A DNA stretch of 45,723 nucleotides from contig JANOTZ010000167.1 in assembly GCA_031416735.1 (NCBI GenBank), positions 1 to 45,723 of the forward strand, read 5' to 3'. Both the position numbers and the translations under genes were made by a program. Shown in pieces: positions 37,994 through 45,647 of the stretch; position 1 is the first letter of the stretch; the number at the start of each line of letters is the position of its first letter. The notes under the pieces are model-generated. The model made no database searches and had not been told where the DNA came from. It saw nothing but the letters and a program-made list of their open reading frames with translations. This DNA is from Frankiales bacterium. Lineage in GTDB: Bacteria; Actinomycetota; Actinomycetes; Mycobacteriales; SCTD01.

Positions 37994-39547
37994 TCAGTCG
38001 AGGAGGACCCCCGGGTTGAGGATGCCGGCCGGATCGAGGGCTGCCTTCGCCCCCCGGAGCGCGAGCCCGAACGGGTCGGGCCGCTGAGCGTCGTACCAGG
38101 GCCGGTGGTCGCGACCGACCGCGTGGTGGTGGGTGATCGTGCCGCCGGCGGCCGCGAGGGCGTCACTGGCCGCGGCCTTGATCTCGTCCCACTGGGCGAT
38201 CTCACTGCCTCGCCGGGCCGGCGCGACCACGGTGAAATAGGGCGCCGCGCCGTCGGGGTAGACGTGGGTCAGCCGGACCCCGACCGCCCCACCGCCGCAC
38301 ACCCGCCGCAGCGCGTCGGTGACCGCGGCGGTGACGCCGGAGACCAGCGCGTCGAAGCGGTCCCACGTCACTGCGGTCTCAAACGTTTCGACCAGAATCC
38401 CCAGCAATACAAGGGATTCCCGCAGGTACGGCGCTCGGACGAACGTCGACCGCCAGGCCTCGCCGACTTCCCCGCGAGCGCCCTGCTCGAGGACCCGGAG
38501 GCCGTGGTCCTGCAGCAGCTGCAGGGCGTGCGCGATCTCGGCGTCGAGCGGCACGGCGAGCGACTCCAGGCCCAGGACGAGGGCCGCCTCGCCGGTGGTC
38601 AGGGTGCCGGACAGGCCGGCCTCGACCGGGTCGAGCAGACGACAGGTGGCGGGCGAGAGCCCGGACTGGACGAGGGCGCGGACCGCCTGTGCGCCCGACG
38701 CGAAGTCGGGCGCGGCCAGGGTGGCGGACCAGCGGTGGACGGGTCGGGGCTGGGCGCGGAGCCAGGCCTCGGTGACCACCCCCAGGGTGCCCTCGCTGCC
38801 GAGCAGCATCCGGTCGGGGGACGGACCGGCGCCCGACCCGGGGAGCCGGCGGGACTCCCACAGCCCGGCAGGAGTGACGGCTCGGACCGACTCGACGAGG
38901 TCGTCGATGTGGGTCAGCCGGGTGGAGAAGTGCCCGGCCGCGCGGGTCGCGACCCAGCCGCCGACCGTGGACTGCTCGAAGGACTGCGGATAGAAGCGCA
39001 GCGTCAGTCCGTGCGGTTTCAGCGCCGCCTCGGCAGCGGGCCCGAAGGTCCCGGCGCGCAGGCGGACCGCCCGTGAGGTGGCGTCGACCTCCACCAGCCC
39101 GGACAGCCGGCTCAGGTCGAGGCTGACCGCACCGGCCAGTCCGCGCGGCTCGACCCCGCCGACCACCGAGGTGCCGCCGCCGAAGGGCACGACCGGCACG
39201 CTCTGCGTCGTCGCCCAGTCGAGGACGTCCACGACGTCCTGCTCGGACTGCGGCCGCACTACCAGGTCGGGGACGTCGGGCAGCTCGCCGCGCAGCCCGC
39301 GGATCAGGTCGCGGTAGGCCCTTCCGATTCCGTGTCGCGCCCGGTCTGTCGGGTCGCCCGAGCCCAGGTGCTGCAGCGAGCCCGGCAGGTCCCGCCGGGG
39401 TGCCGCCAGGTCCGGCATTGCCTTGGAGCTCTCGGGGGCTTGTACGGCGATGCCGGTGGTGGCCGTGACGAACGGCGCCAGCTGCTCGAGGGACGCCGCC
39501 GTCGGCTCGTCGCCGGGCCCGCCCCACCCCCACACCGCGTAGGTCAC
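37994..39547 (-). CDS. FAD-linked oxidase (alkyl-DHAP synthase / GlcD-like)
   Basis: C-terminal 517 aa of ORF 37994..39874, from GTG 39547 (VTYAVWGWGG...). The FAD-binding PCMH domain is VVPFGGGTSVVGG, and the C-terminal motif is HHHAVGRDH. Confidence 0.8.
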   Translation of the reverse strand: MTYAVWGWGGPGDEPTAASLEQLAPFVTATTGIAVQAPESSKAMPDLAAPRRDLPGSLQHLGSGDPTDRARHGIGRAYRDLIRGLRGELPDVPDLVVRPQSEQDVVDVLDWATTQSVPVVPFGGGTSVVGGVEPRGLAGAVSLDLSRLSGLVEVDATSRAVRLRAGTFGPAAEAALKPHGLTLRFYPQSFEQSTVGGWVATRAAGHFSTRLTHIDDLVESVRAVTPAGLWESRRLPGSGAGPSPDRMLLGSEGTLGVVTEAWLRAQPRPVHRWSATLAAPDFASGAQAVRALVQSGLSPATCRLLDPVEAGLSGTLTTGEAALVLGLESLAVPLDAEIAHALQLLQDHGLRVLEQGARGEVGEAWRSTFVRAPYLRESLVLLGILVETFETAVTWDRFDALVSGVTAAVTDALRRVCGGGAVGVRLTHVYPDGAAPYFTVVAPARRGSEIAQWDEIKAAASDALAAAGGTITHHHAVGRDHRPWYDAQRPDPFGLALRGAKAALDPAGILNPGVLLD

Positions 39548-39607
39548 AGCGCCACCACCGGACAGGCCGCGAAAGCCAGCACCGCGTAGGTCACGGCGCC
39601 AGCACCG
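39533..39607. repeat. 28-bp direct repeat (2 mismatches) at 47-bp spacing: CACCGCGTAGGTCAC[A/G]GCGCCA[C/G]CACCG
   Basis: The copies are at 39533..39560 and 39580..39607, seen directly. Each contains a TCAC (GTGA on the coding strand) stop/start overlap. Confidence 0.9.
39544..39594 (-). other. 16-codon mini-ORF (VTYAVLAFAACPVVAL) created by the 47-bp duplication
   Basis: Its GTG overlaps the SAF-gene stop (GTGA). Its TGA overlaps the FAD-oxidase GTG (GTGA). Translation is untested. Confidence 0.3.
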
Positions 39608-40217
39608 TGATCGACAGCCGGCTGCCGACGGCCGCCGCGGCGAGCCGGGCCGCGGTGTGCGGGGTAGCGGCCAGCACCACGAGCGCTCCGTCCGGGTCGC
39701 CGGAACCTCCTGCGGGGACGGCGAGCACCTCCAGGCCGGCCGCCACCGTGAGGGCGGTGTCCTGGCGGCCGTCGGTGGGGGTGGCCAGCACGTCGACGCG
39801 GTCCCCGGCGTGCAGCAGGGCCGCCGTTGCGGGGTCGGCGAGCCGGACCGGCGCGGCCACCAGACCGCGACCACGTACCAGCCCGGATCCGAGCAGCCGG
39901 ACGTCGGTCAGGGCCTCGCCGCGCCGGACCGCACCGGCCAGGGATCGCCCGACCGTCTGGTCCAGGTCGGTGAGGGCGCCCTCCGGTGCGAGCGCCCGCG
40001 GCAGGGCGACCGCGGTGAGGTCGGCGGAGGTGAGAGGCGCGCCGGGCAGCAGGTCGCGGCTGGCGGCCAGCACGGTGAGGGTGGGCGCCGGTTCGGGCGC
40101 GAGCAGCGGGAGGGCGGTCGCGACAGCGGCGGCGGTAAGGCCCGCGGCGAGCAGCGCGCGGTGCCGGCGGGTGGCCCGCGACACCTCGCGAAGCACGCGA
40201 CCCCGGTCGGCGCTCAC
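39591..40217 (-). CDS. SAF-domain (CpaB/RcpC-like) protein with N-terminal TM anchor
   Basis: Frame of ORF 39591..40319, with GTG at 40217 preferred (VSADRGRVLREVSRATRRHRALLAAGLTAAAV...). It has a SAF-like pattern LLPGAPLTSADL...GEALTDVRL. Confidence 0.6.
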   Translation of the reverse strand: MSADRGRVLREVSRATRRHRALLAAGLTAAAVATALPLLAPEPAPTLTVLAASRDLLPGAPLTSADLTAVALPRALAPEGALTDLDQTVGRSLAGAVRRGEALTDVRLLGSGLVRGRGLVAAPVRLADPATAALLHAGDRVDVLATPTDGRQDTALTVAAGLEVLAVPAGGSGDPDGALVVLAATPHTAARLAAAAVGSRLSITVLAP

Positions 40218-40243
40218 GCGAAAGCCCGGTGGAGGTTGAGCCG

Positions 40244-40338
40244 GAGTGCCTGGCGCAGGCCCGCACTCACGGCAGCACCAGGTCGAGGCCGACGGTGAGT
40301 GCTTGGCGCAGGCCCGCACTCACGGCAGCACCAGGTCG
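40244..40338. repeat. 42-bp direct repeat (1 mismatch) at 53-bp spacing, duplicating the MTA phosphorylase stop region
   Basis: The copies are at 40244..40285 and 40297..40338: GAGTGC[C/T]TGGCGCAGGCCCGCACTCACGGCAGCACCAGGTCG. Confidence 0.9.
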
Positions 40339-41120
40339 TGGTCGATGCCGTCGAGGGCGGCGCCGCACGGACAGGTGCGCTCGTCGGGGAGGCCGGCGAG
40401 CACGTCGTACAACAGGGTGCGCAGTCGCGCGGTGTTCTCAGCGAACACCCGGAACACCTCCTCCTGGGTGACTTCCTGGCCGCCCTCGACCCCGGCGTCG
40501 AGGTCGGTGACCAGGGCGAGCGAGGTGTAACAGAGGGCCAGCTCGCGGGCGAGGACAGCCTCCGGATGCCCGGTCATGTTGATCACGGAAAAACCCTGGG
40601 CGGAGTACCACTGCGACTCGGCTCGGGTGGAGAACCGTGGACCTTCGATGACGACCATGGTGCCGCCGTCGGTGACCGGCCAGCCCGCGGCGCCGGCCCG
40701 GGCGACGGCGACGGCCCGCCCGGTCGGGCAGTACGGATCGGCGAACGAGACGTGCACGGCGCCGGTGTCGTGGAAGGTCTGCACCCGGCCGCTGGTGCGG
40801 TCGACGAGCTGGTCGGGCACCACCAGCGCACCCGGGCCGAGCGAGGCCTTCAGGCCACCGACCGCGCACGGGGCGAGGACCTGGCGGACCCCGAGCGCGC
40901 GCAGCGCCCACAGGTTGGCCCGGTAGGGGATCCGGTGCGGCGGGAAGCGGTGGTCCTTGCCGTGCCGCGGGAGGAACGCCACTCGGCGGCCCTCGACCTC
41001 GCCCACGACGACCGGCCCGGAGGGTGCGCCGTACGGCGTGAGGACGTCAATCTCCTGGGCGCCTTCGACAAAGGCGTAGAAGCCCGAGCCGCCGATGACC
41101 CCGATGGGTGCTGCTGTCAT
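40320..41120 (-). CDS. mtnP: S-methyl-5'-thioadenosine phosphorylase
   Basis: 266-aa ORF containing IGVIGGSGFY, FLPRHG, INMTG and the rest of the PNP-family MTAP signature. Confidence 0.9.
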   Translation of the reverse strand: MTAAPIGVIGGSGFYAFVEGAQEIDVLTPYGAPSGPVVVGEVEGRRVAFLPRHGKDHRFPPHRIPYRANLWALRALGVRQVLAPCAVGGLKASLGPGALVVPDQLVDRTSGRVQTFHDTGAVHVSFADPYCPTGRAVAVARAGAAGWPVTDGGTMVVIEGPRFSTRAESQWYSAQGFSVINMTGHPEAVLARELALCYTSLALVTDLDAGVEGGQEVTQEEVFRVFAENTARLRTLLYDVLAGLPDERTCPCGAALDGIDHDLVLP

Positions 41121-41179
41121 GGGGGAAACCTAGGTGGCGCGTGCCCGGCGGGTGCCAGGCCGTCCACAGGACCGCCGGG

Positions 41180-41524
41180 TCAGGCGGCGGGAGTGGTGCT
41201 GCTGGCCTTGGAGCCCGAGCTGTCCGAGGACGAACTGCCCGAAGACGAGCCGGACGACGACGAGCTGCTCGAGCTGGTGGACTCGGACTTGGCAGCCGGG
41301 GTCTTGTCGGACTTCTTCTCGGCAGGCTTGTCCGAGGCGCTCGAGGCCTTCCGGCTGTCGGTCTTGTAGAACCCGGAGCCCTTGAAGACGACCCCTACGG
41401 CCGAGAAGACCTTGCGCAGCGCGCCCTGGCAGGCGGGGCACTCGGTGAGGGACGGGTCGGTGAACGACTGGACCGCCTCGAGCTGTTCCCCGCACGCGGT
41501 GCACGCGTACTGGTAGGTCGGCAC
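41180..41524 (-). CDS. FmdB-family zinc-ribbon protein with Ser-rich tail
   Basis: Frame of ORF 41180..41596. The GTG at 41524 has GGAGGA 6 nt upstream. The N-terminus is VPTYQYACTACG...CPACQG. Confidence 0.8.
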   Translation of the reverse strand: MPTYQYACTACGEQLEAVQSFTDPSLTECPACQGALRKVFSAVGVVFKGSGFYKTDSRKASSASDKPAEKKSDKTPAAKSESTSSSSSSSSGSSSGSSSSDSSGSKASSTTPAA

Positions 41525-41541
41525 GTCGGTTCCTCCTGGCT

Positions 41542-41564
41542 GGCACTCACAACTTCTGAGTGCC
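41542..41564. promoter_or_regulatory. 8-bp inverted repeat GGCACTCA-n7-TGAGTGCC just upstream of the FmdB RBS
   Basis: Seen directly. It could be an operator or a 5'-UTR hairpin. Confidence 0.3.
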
Positions 41565-41692
41565 AATTCTGCCGTACGACGGCGCCGGCCGTCCAACCTG
41601 CCGCTCGGGCTCGCTGAGGTGGCCGCCTCCCTCGTCCGGGGCGGGTCACCGCAGTACCGTGAAGAGGGCAGTCCGGGGGGAGGCGCGACGCC

Positions 41693-42061
41693 GTGTCAGA
41701 AGCCGCGCTCGTGCCGATCGAGATCCTGCTGGTCGAGGACGACCCTGGTGATGCCGACCTCACCGTGCTGACGCTGCAGCAGAGCAAGTTGCACAACACC
41801 ATCAGCCTCGTCAACGACGGTGAGCAGGCGATGGCTCGCCTGCGGCTCGAGGTGCTCGCCGAGGTCAAGCAGGACCCGTTGCTGCAGACCATTCCCGTGG
41901 TCGTGCTCACGACCTCGAACCGGGCAGAGGACATCCAGGGCGCCTACGACCTGCATGCCAACGCCTATGTCTCGAAGCCGGTCGAGCTCGATCATTTCCT
42001 GCAGGCGATCAGGGCCCTGGACGAGTTCTTCCTCGCCGTGGTCCGGCGCCCCGAAACCTGA
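41693..42061 (+). CDS. stand-alone response-regulator receiver domain lacking the phospho-acceptor segment
   Basis: 122-aa ORF. It has ILLVEDDPGD (acidic pair), VVVLTTS (Thr) and YVSKP (Lys). The stretch that normally holds the acceptor Asp is missing between MARLR and LEVLAEVK. Confidence 0.75.
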   Translation: MSEAALVPIEILLVEDDPGDADLTVLTLQQSKLHNTISLVNDGEQAMARLRLEVLAEVKQDPLLQTIPVVVLTTSNRAEDIQGAYDLHANAYVSKPVELDHFLQAIRALDEFFLAVVRRPET

Positions 42062-42065
42062 CCGG

Positions 42066-44189
42066 TCAGGCGCGCGGACTCGGGCGCAGAGTGGCGCGCC
42101 GGCGGGCGACGACCCCGAGGAGCAGGACGAGGCCGAGCAGGCCGGGCAGGGTCGAGAGGCCGGTCGCCGCGAGGCCCGTGGGTCCGCCGGCATCCGGGGT
42201 GGTGGGCCGCGTGTTCGGCGGGGTGACAGCGGACCGGCTCGCGGCGCGGTAGGCGAGCACGTTGTGCAGCACCTGCCCGCCGGCGATGGTGACGGCGTAG
42301 TCCGCGAGGCCCTCCGGGTGCGGCGTCTCGATCGACTCGAGGCTCTCGATCGGCTGCGGCAGGATCGCGCCGAAGATGGTGATCTTGCCCTTGCCGCGGG
42401 GAAGCTCGCCGAGCACGGTGCTGGTCCCGACGGTGCCGACCGTCGTGCCACCGGCCTCGGCCCAGGCGGCCGTGGTGATGCCGTGGTGCGGCGACTGGCT
42501 GGTGGCGGGGAAGCCGAGCGGGACCTCGTAGTAGGTCTGGCTCGGGACGCCGAACAGCCCTGCCTTGAAGGGATGCTCGCCGGTGATGAAGTCGACGTGG
42601 CCGGCGTTGGACCGCTGCAGGGTCTGCGCTGCCTCGTCGCCGACCCCGAGGTCGTCGAGCAGGGTCACCGCGCTGTCGGTGAGCACGAGCTGACCGCCGC
42701 CGTCGACGAAGGCCCGCAACGCCCGGACGTAGGCGGCCCGGTCGACGGGGCGACCCCGGGTGTCCTTGGGCACCTCGACGTCGGACAGCACCAGGCTGTC
42801 GAAGCCGCCCAGGTCCGCCGAGCCCACGTCCGCTGCGGCCAACCCGGGGATGGTGGCGCCGGTGTCGGTCGCGAGGTCCTGGAAGTAGGTGAGCCGGGAG
42901 ACGTCGTAGGGCACCTGCCGCTCGCCGGCAACGAGGTCGAAGCCGGTCCCGTCGGCACTGGTGACCCGGGCCGGGTCGTCGACGTAGGCGACCTTGCCGA
43001 GGTCGAGGTCAGCGGTGACGTCCCGCTCCTTGAGGGCGGTGACGAGCAGCGCCTCCATGTTGCCGCGGACCGCCGCGATGTGGGCCTGCTCCACGGGGGA
43101 GGCCCAGAGCACGTTGGGGGCCAGGTGGGACAGGAAGTTCTCGACGTCGATCTCGACGACGCGACCGTTGTTGAGCCGCTGCATGGCGTCGCCCATGAAC
43201 CCCGAGTCGTCATAGCCGACGACGTCGTAGCCGGTGGCGACGTTGGCCGGCCGTTGACCGATGGTCGGGCCGAACAGGTCGCCGAGCACGACCCCGTCCT
43301 CGTCGAACTTGCGCTCGACGGTGGCGATCATGTCCTCCGCGAGCTGCAGCTCCTTGGCCTGGTGGGCGGGTGACCACTGCCCGGCCGGCCACATGATGTC
43401 GCTGAAGGCGTTGTTGACGCTGGTGAGCTCGCCGTGGATGTCACCTGCCGACCGCAGGTCCGGGAGTGAGGCCAGTAGGCCGTACCAGAGCCGGGTCTCC
43501 GGCTGGTCCGCCATGGGTCCGCGCTTGCTGCCCGAGCCGCCCGAGGAGGTGCGGTCCACCCACCCCAGGGTGGGGAAGTCGCGGTTCAGGTCGGCGCCGG
43601 CGGAGTTGTAGCGAGGGGTCGTGGCCCCGCTCGACTGGTTGTCGTCGTCGAGGTCCTGCGCCGCCCAGCCGTCCGGGTTGGTGAAAGCGACGTAGAACTC
43701 GACCTGCTTGAACAGCGCCGACACGCTGATCGACGTCTTGCCGGCGTACAGCAGGTGGCCGGGGTCGGTGGCGAGCCAGGTGGCGAGGTCCTCGAGATAG
43801 CGCAGCGCGCCCTCACGACCCGCCGGCTCGAGGCCGTGCACGGACAGCGAGATCGCTGACTGGACCTTCCCCGCAGACGGCACCGTGGGGTCGGTGATCT
43901 TCACGACCCACAGGTCGCGCCCGCCGGCGCTCTTGCCGATGCTGGTGGGGGTGAAGAAGCCGTCCGGTGCGACGTCCGCGAGGGCACCCAGCGTGTCCGC
44001 GAGGTTGTCCACCGGCCCGTCGAACTGGTGCTGGCTGACCGACAGGGCTGCCTCCGGCACCACGCGACCACCGCAGGCGGTCCGGGTCAGCGGGTCGACG
44101 CAGGTCGGGGCGGCGAAGGCCGGAGCGGCTGGCAGCACCAGTGCGAGGGCGGTGGCGAGCCCGACGGTGGCAAGGGGGAGGGGGCGCAT
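42066..44189 (-). CDS. secreted M14-family zinc carboxypeptidase with LAxTG sortase anchor
   Basis: 707-aa ORF with a signal peptide ...APAFAAP. It has the HxxE motif SVHGLE, DLNRDF and GDIHGE. The C-terminal end has LAATG + hydrophobic stretch + RRR. Confidence 0.75.
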   Translation of the reverse strand: MRPLPLATVGLATALALVLPAAPAFAAPTCVDPLTRTACGGRVVPEAALSVSQHQFDGPVDNLADTLGALADVAPDGFFTPTSIGKSAGGRDLWVVKITDPTVPSAGKVQSAISLSVHGLEPAGREGALRYLEDLATWLATDPGHLLYAGKTSISVSALFKQVEFYVAFTNPDGWAAQDLDDDNQSSGATTPRYNSAGADLNRDFPTLGWVDRTSSGGSGSKRGPMADQPETRLWYGLLASLPDLRSAGDIHGELTSVNNAFSDIMWPAGQWSPAHQAKELQLAEDMIATVERKFDEDGVVLGDLFGPTIGQRPANVATGYDVVGYDDSGFMGDAMQRLNNGRVVEIDVENFLSHLAPNVLWASPVEQAHIAAVRGNMEALLVTALKERDVTADLDLGKVAYVDDPARVTSADGTGFDLVAGERQVPYDVSRLTYFQDLATDTGATIPGLAAADVGSADLGGFDSLVLSDVEVPKDTRGRPVDRAAYVRALRAFVDGGGQLVLTDSAVTLLDDLGVGDEAAQTLQRSNAGHVDFITGEHPFKAGLFGVPSQTYYEVPLGFPATSQSPHHGITTAAWAEAGGTTVGTVGTSTVLGELPRGKGKITIFGAILPQPIESLESIETPHPEGLADYAVTIAGGQVLHNVLAYRAASRSAVTPPNTRPTTPDAGGPTGLAATGLSTLPGLLGLVLLLGVVARRRATLRPSPRA

Positions 44190-44302
44190 GCGGACATCCT
44201 TCGCCGGACCGGCCTCCGTTCCTGCCGTGGGGATCGCCGAAACGCCCGTGCAACGCCGACGTCGGGCTTGACCACACGGTCGGGCCGGGTTTCCCTCGAC
44301 AG

Positions 44303-44926
44303 GTGACGCACACCGCGCCTGACCTCGACGACGCCACCCGGCTCCGGCTCAACCGGCTGGCCCGGCGGCTGTCGACCTTCGGCGTCAGCTACAACGTGTT
44401 GGAGGCGGTCGTCGCCCTGTCGGCGGGCGCGGTGGCAGGATCACGGGCCCTGTTCGGGTTCGGCCTCGACGCCACCATCGAGGTGTTCAGCGGGCTGGTC
44501 ATCGTCTGGCAGTTCCGGCACCACCTGCCCGCCAGCCGCGAGGTGCTGGCGACGCGGCTGATCGGGCTGTCGTTCTTCGCCCTCGCCGGTTTCGTCGCCT
44601 ACGACAGCACCTCCGCCCTGGTGCGCGGCGTCCACCCGGACCCGTCCACCGTCGGACTCCTGCTCGCCGCCACCTCCCTCACCGTGATGCCGGTCTTGTC
44701 GCGCGCCCAGCGCCGTACCGGCCGGGCTCTGCACTCCGCCAGCGTGGTGGCCGGCAGCAACCAGACCCTGCTGTGCACCTACATGAGCGCGGTCCTGCTG
44801 GGAGGGCTCGGCGTCAATGCCGCGTTCGGCTGGTGGTGGGCCGACCCGGTCGCCGGGCTGGTCATCGCGGCACTGGCGGCGAGGGAGGGCCGAGCCGCCT
44901 GGCGCGGCGACGGCTGCTGTCACTGA
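44303..44926 (+). CDS. cation-efflux (CDF-like) membrane protein, TM domain only
   Basis: Frame of ORF 44141..44926, with GTG at 44303. It has ~5-6 TM segments and motifs like FGLDATIEVFSG. The C-terminal end is DGCCH. Confidence 0.55.
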   Translation: MTHTAPDLDDATRLRLNRLARRLSTFGVSYNVLEAVVALSAGAVAGSRALFGFGLDATIEVFSGLVIVWQFRHHLPASREVLATRLIGLSFFALAGFVAYDSTSALVRGVHPDPSTVGLLLAATSLTVMPVLSRAQRRTGRALHSASVVAGSNQTLLCTYMSAVLLGGLGVNAAFGWWWADPVAGLVIAALAAREGRAAWRGDGCCH

Positions 44927-45390
44927 TCAGCCAGCGGCACCCGGGCCAGCACCTCGTGCCGGGAGAAGTGGCTGCGCACCAGCTCGACCTCCGTCACCGG
45001 CCACGGCTCCCCGACATGAGCGGAAAGACCAGCCGGTACGGCGAGACGTCGGCCACGCGCCAGAGTCAGGTGTCCGTGGAAGGGCCGTTCCTCGACCGCG
45101 TCGAGGACCCGTTGCACGTCGGTGGCCAACGCCGACAGTGCCGGAAGATCGCCCGCCAGCCCGGCCCACAGCACCGGACCGCCGAACGTCCCGCCGCCCT
45201 GCAGCGCGAGGGAGAACGCTGCGTGCTGTCGCGCGACGCCGGCCAGCAGGGAGAGCAGGGAGTCTGCGTCGGGGCGTTCGCCGAGAAACGCCAGGGTGAC
45301 GTGCCAGCGGGGATCGGGAGCCTGTCCCAGTGCGGCGGCGAGCGCCGTACACGCGTCCGGGGGTGGTCGGACCGCCACGAAAAGCCTCAC
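44920..45390 (-). CDS. 2H phosphoesterase (LigT/ThpR-like RNA 2',3'-cyclic phosphodiesterase)
   Basis: Frame of ORF 44920..45429, with GTG at 45390 (VRLFVAVRPP...). It has two HxT motifs, WHVTLAF and FHGHLTLAR. Confidence 0.75.
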   Translation of the reverse strand: MRLFVAVRPPPDACTALAAALGQAPDPRWHVTLAFLGERPDADSLLSLLAGVARQHAAFSLALQGGGTFGGPVLWAGLAGDLPALSALATDVQRVLDAVEERPFHGHLTLARGRRLAVPAGLSAHVGEPWPVTEVELVRSHFSRHEVLARVPLADQ

Positions 45391-45393
45391 CGG

Positions 45394-45469
45394 TCGAGGT
45401 TCCCACGAAAGGAATGATTGAACACTCAATGAAGTTATGCCAGACTGACACCCCCACCAACAGGGAGCC
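45394..45469. repeat. left arm of a perfect 76-bp inverted repeat
   Basis: I compared it base by base with the reverse complement of 45648..45723 and found them identical. Confidence 0.95.
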
Positions 45470-45643
45470 CTCGCGCTGGAACAGCCCGAGGTCGTGGTCG
45501 TTGGTCGAGCCGGGCGCCTGCAGGAAAGCGGCGCCGGGCATCGCGAGCTTGGTGCGGAAGCCGAGAACGCCGCCGTAGAAGGCGACGCTGGCGTCGACGT
45601 CGCGGACGTAGAGCACGGCGTGGTTGAGGCGGTGGATGGCCAT
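45470..45643 (-). pseudogene. VOC/glyoxalase-family (extradiol-dioxygenase-like) gene, first ~58 codons only
   Basis: ATG at 45643 gives MAIHRLNHAVLYVRDVDASVAFYGGVLGFRTKLAMPGAAFLQAPGSTNDHDLGLFQ. The reading frame then runs into the left repeat arm and loses similarity. Confidence 0.6.
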
Positions 45644-45647
45644 CTGA

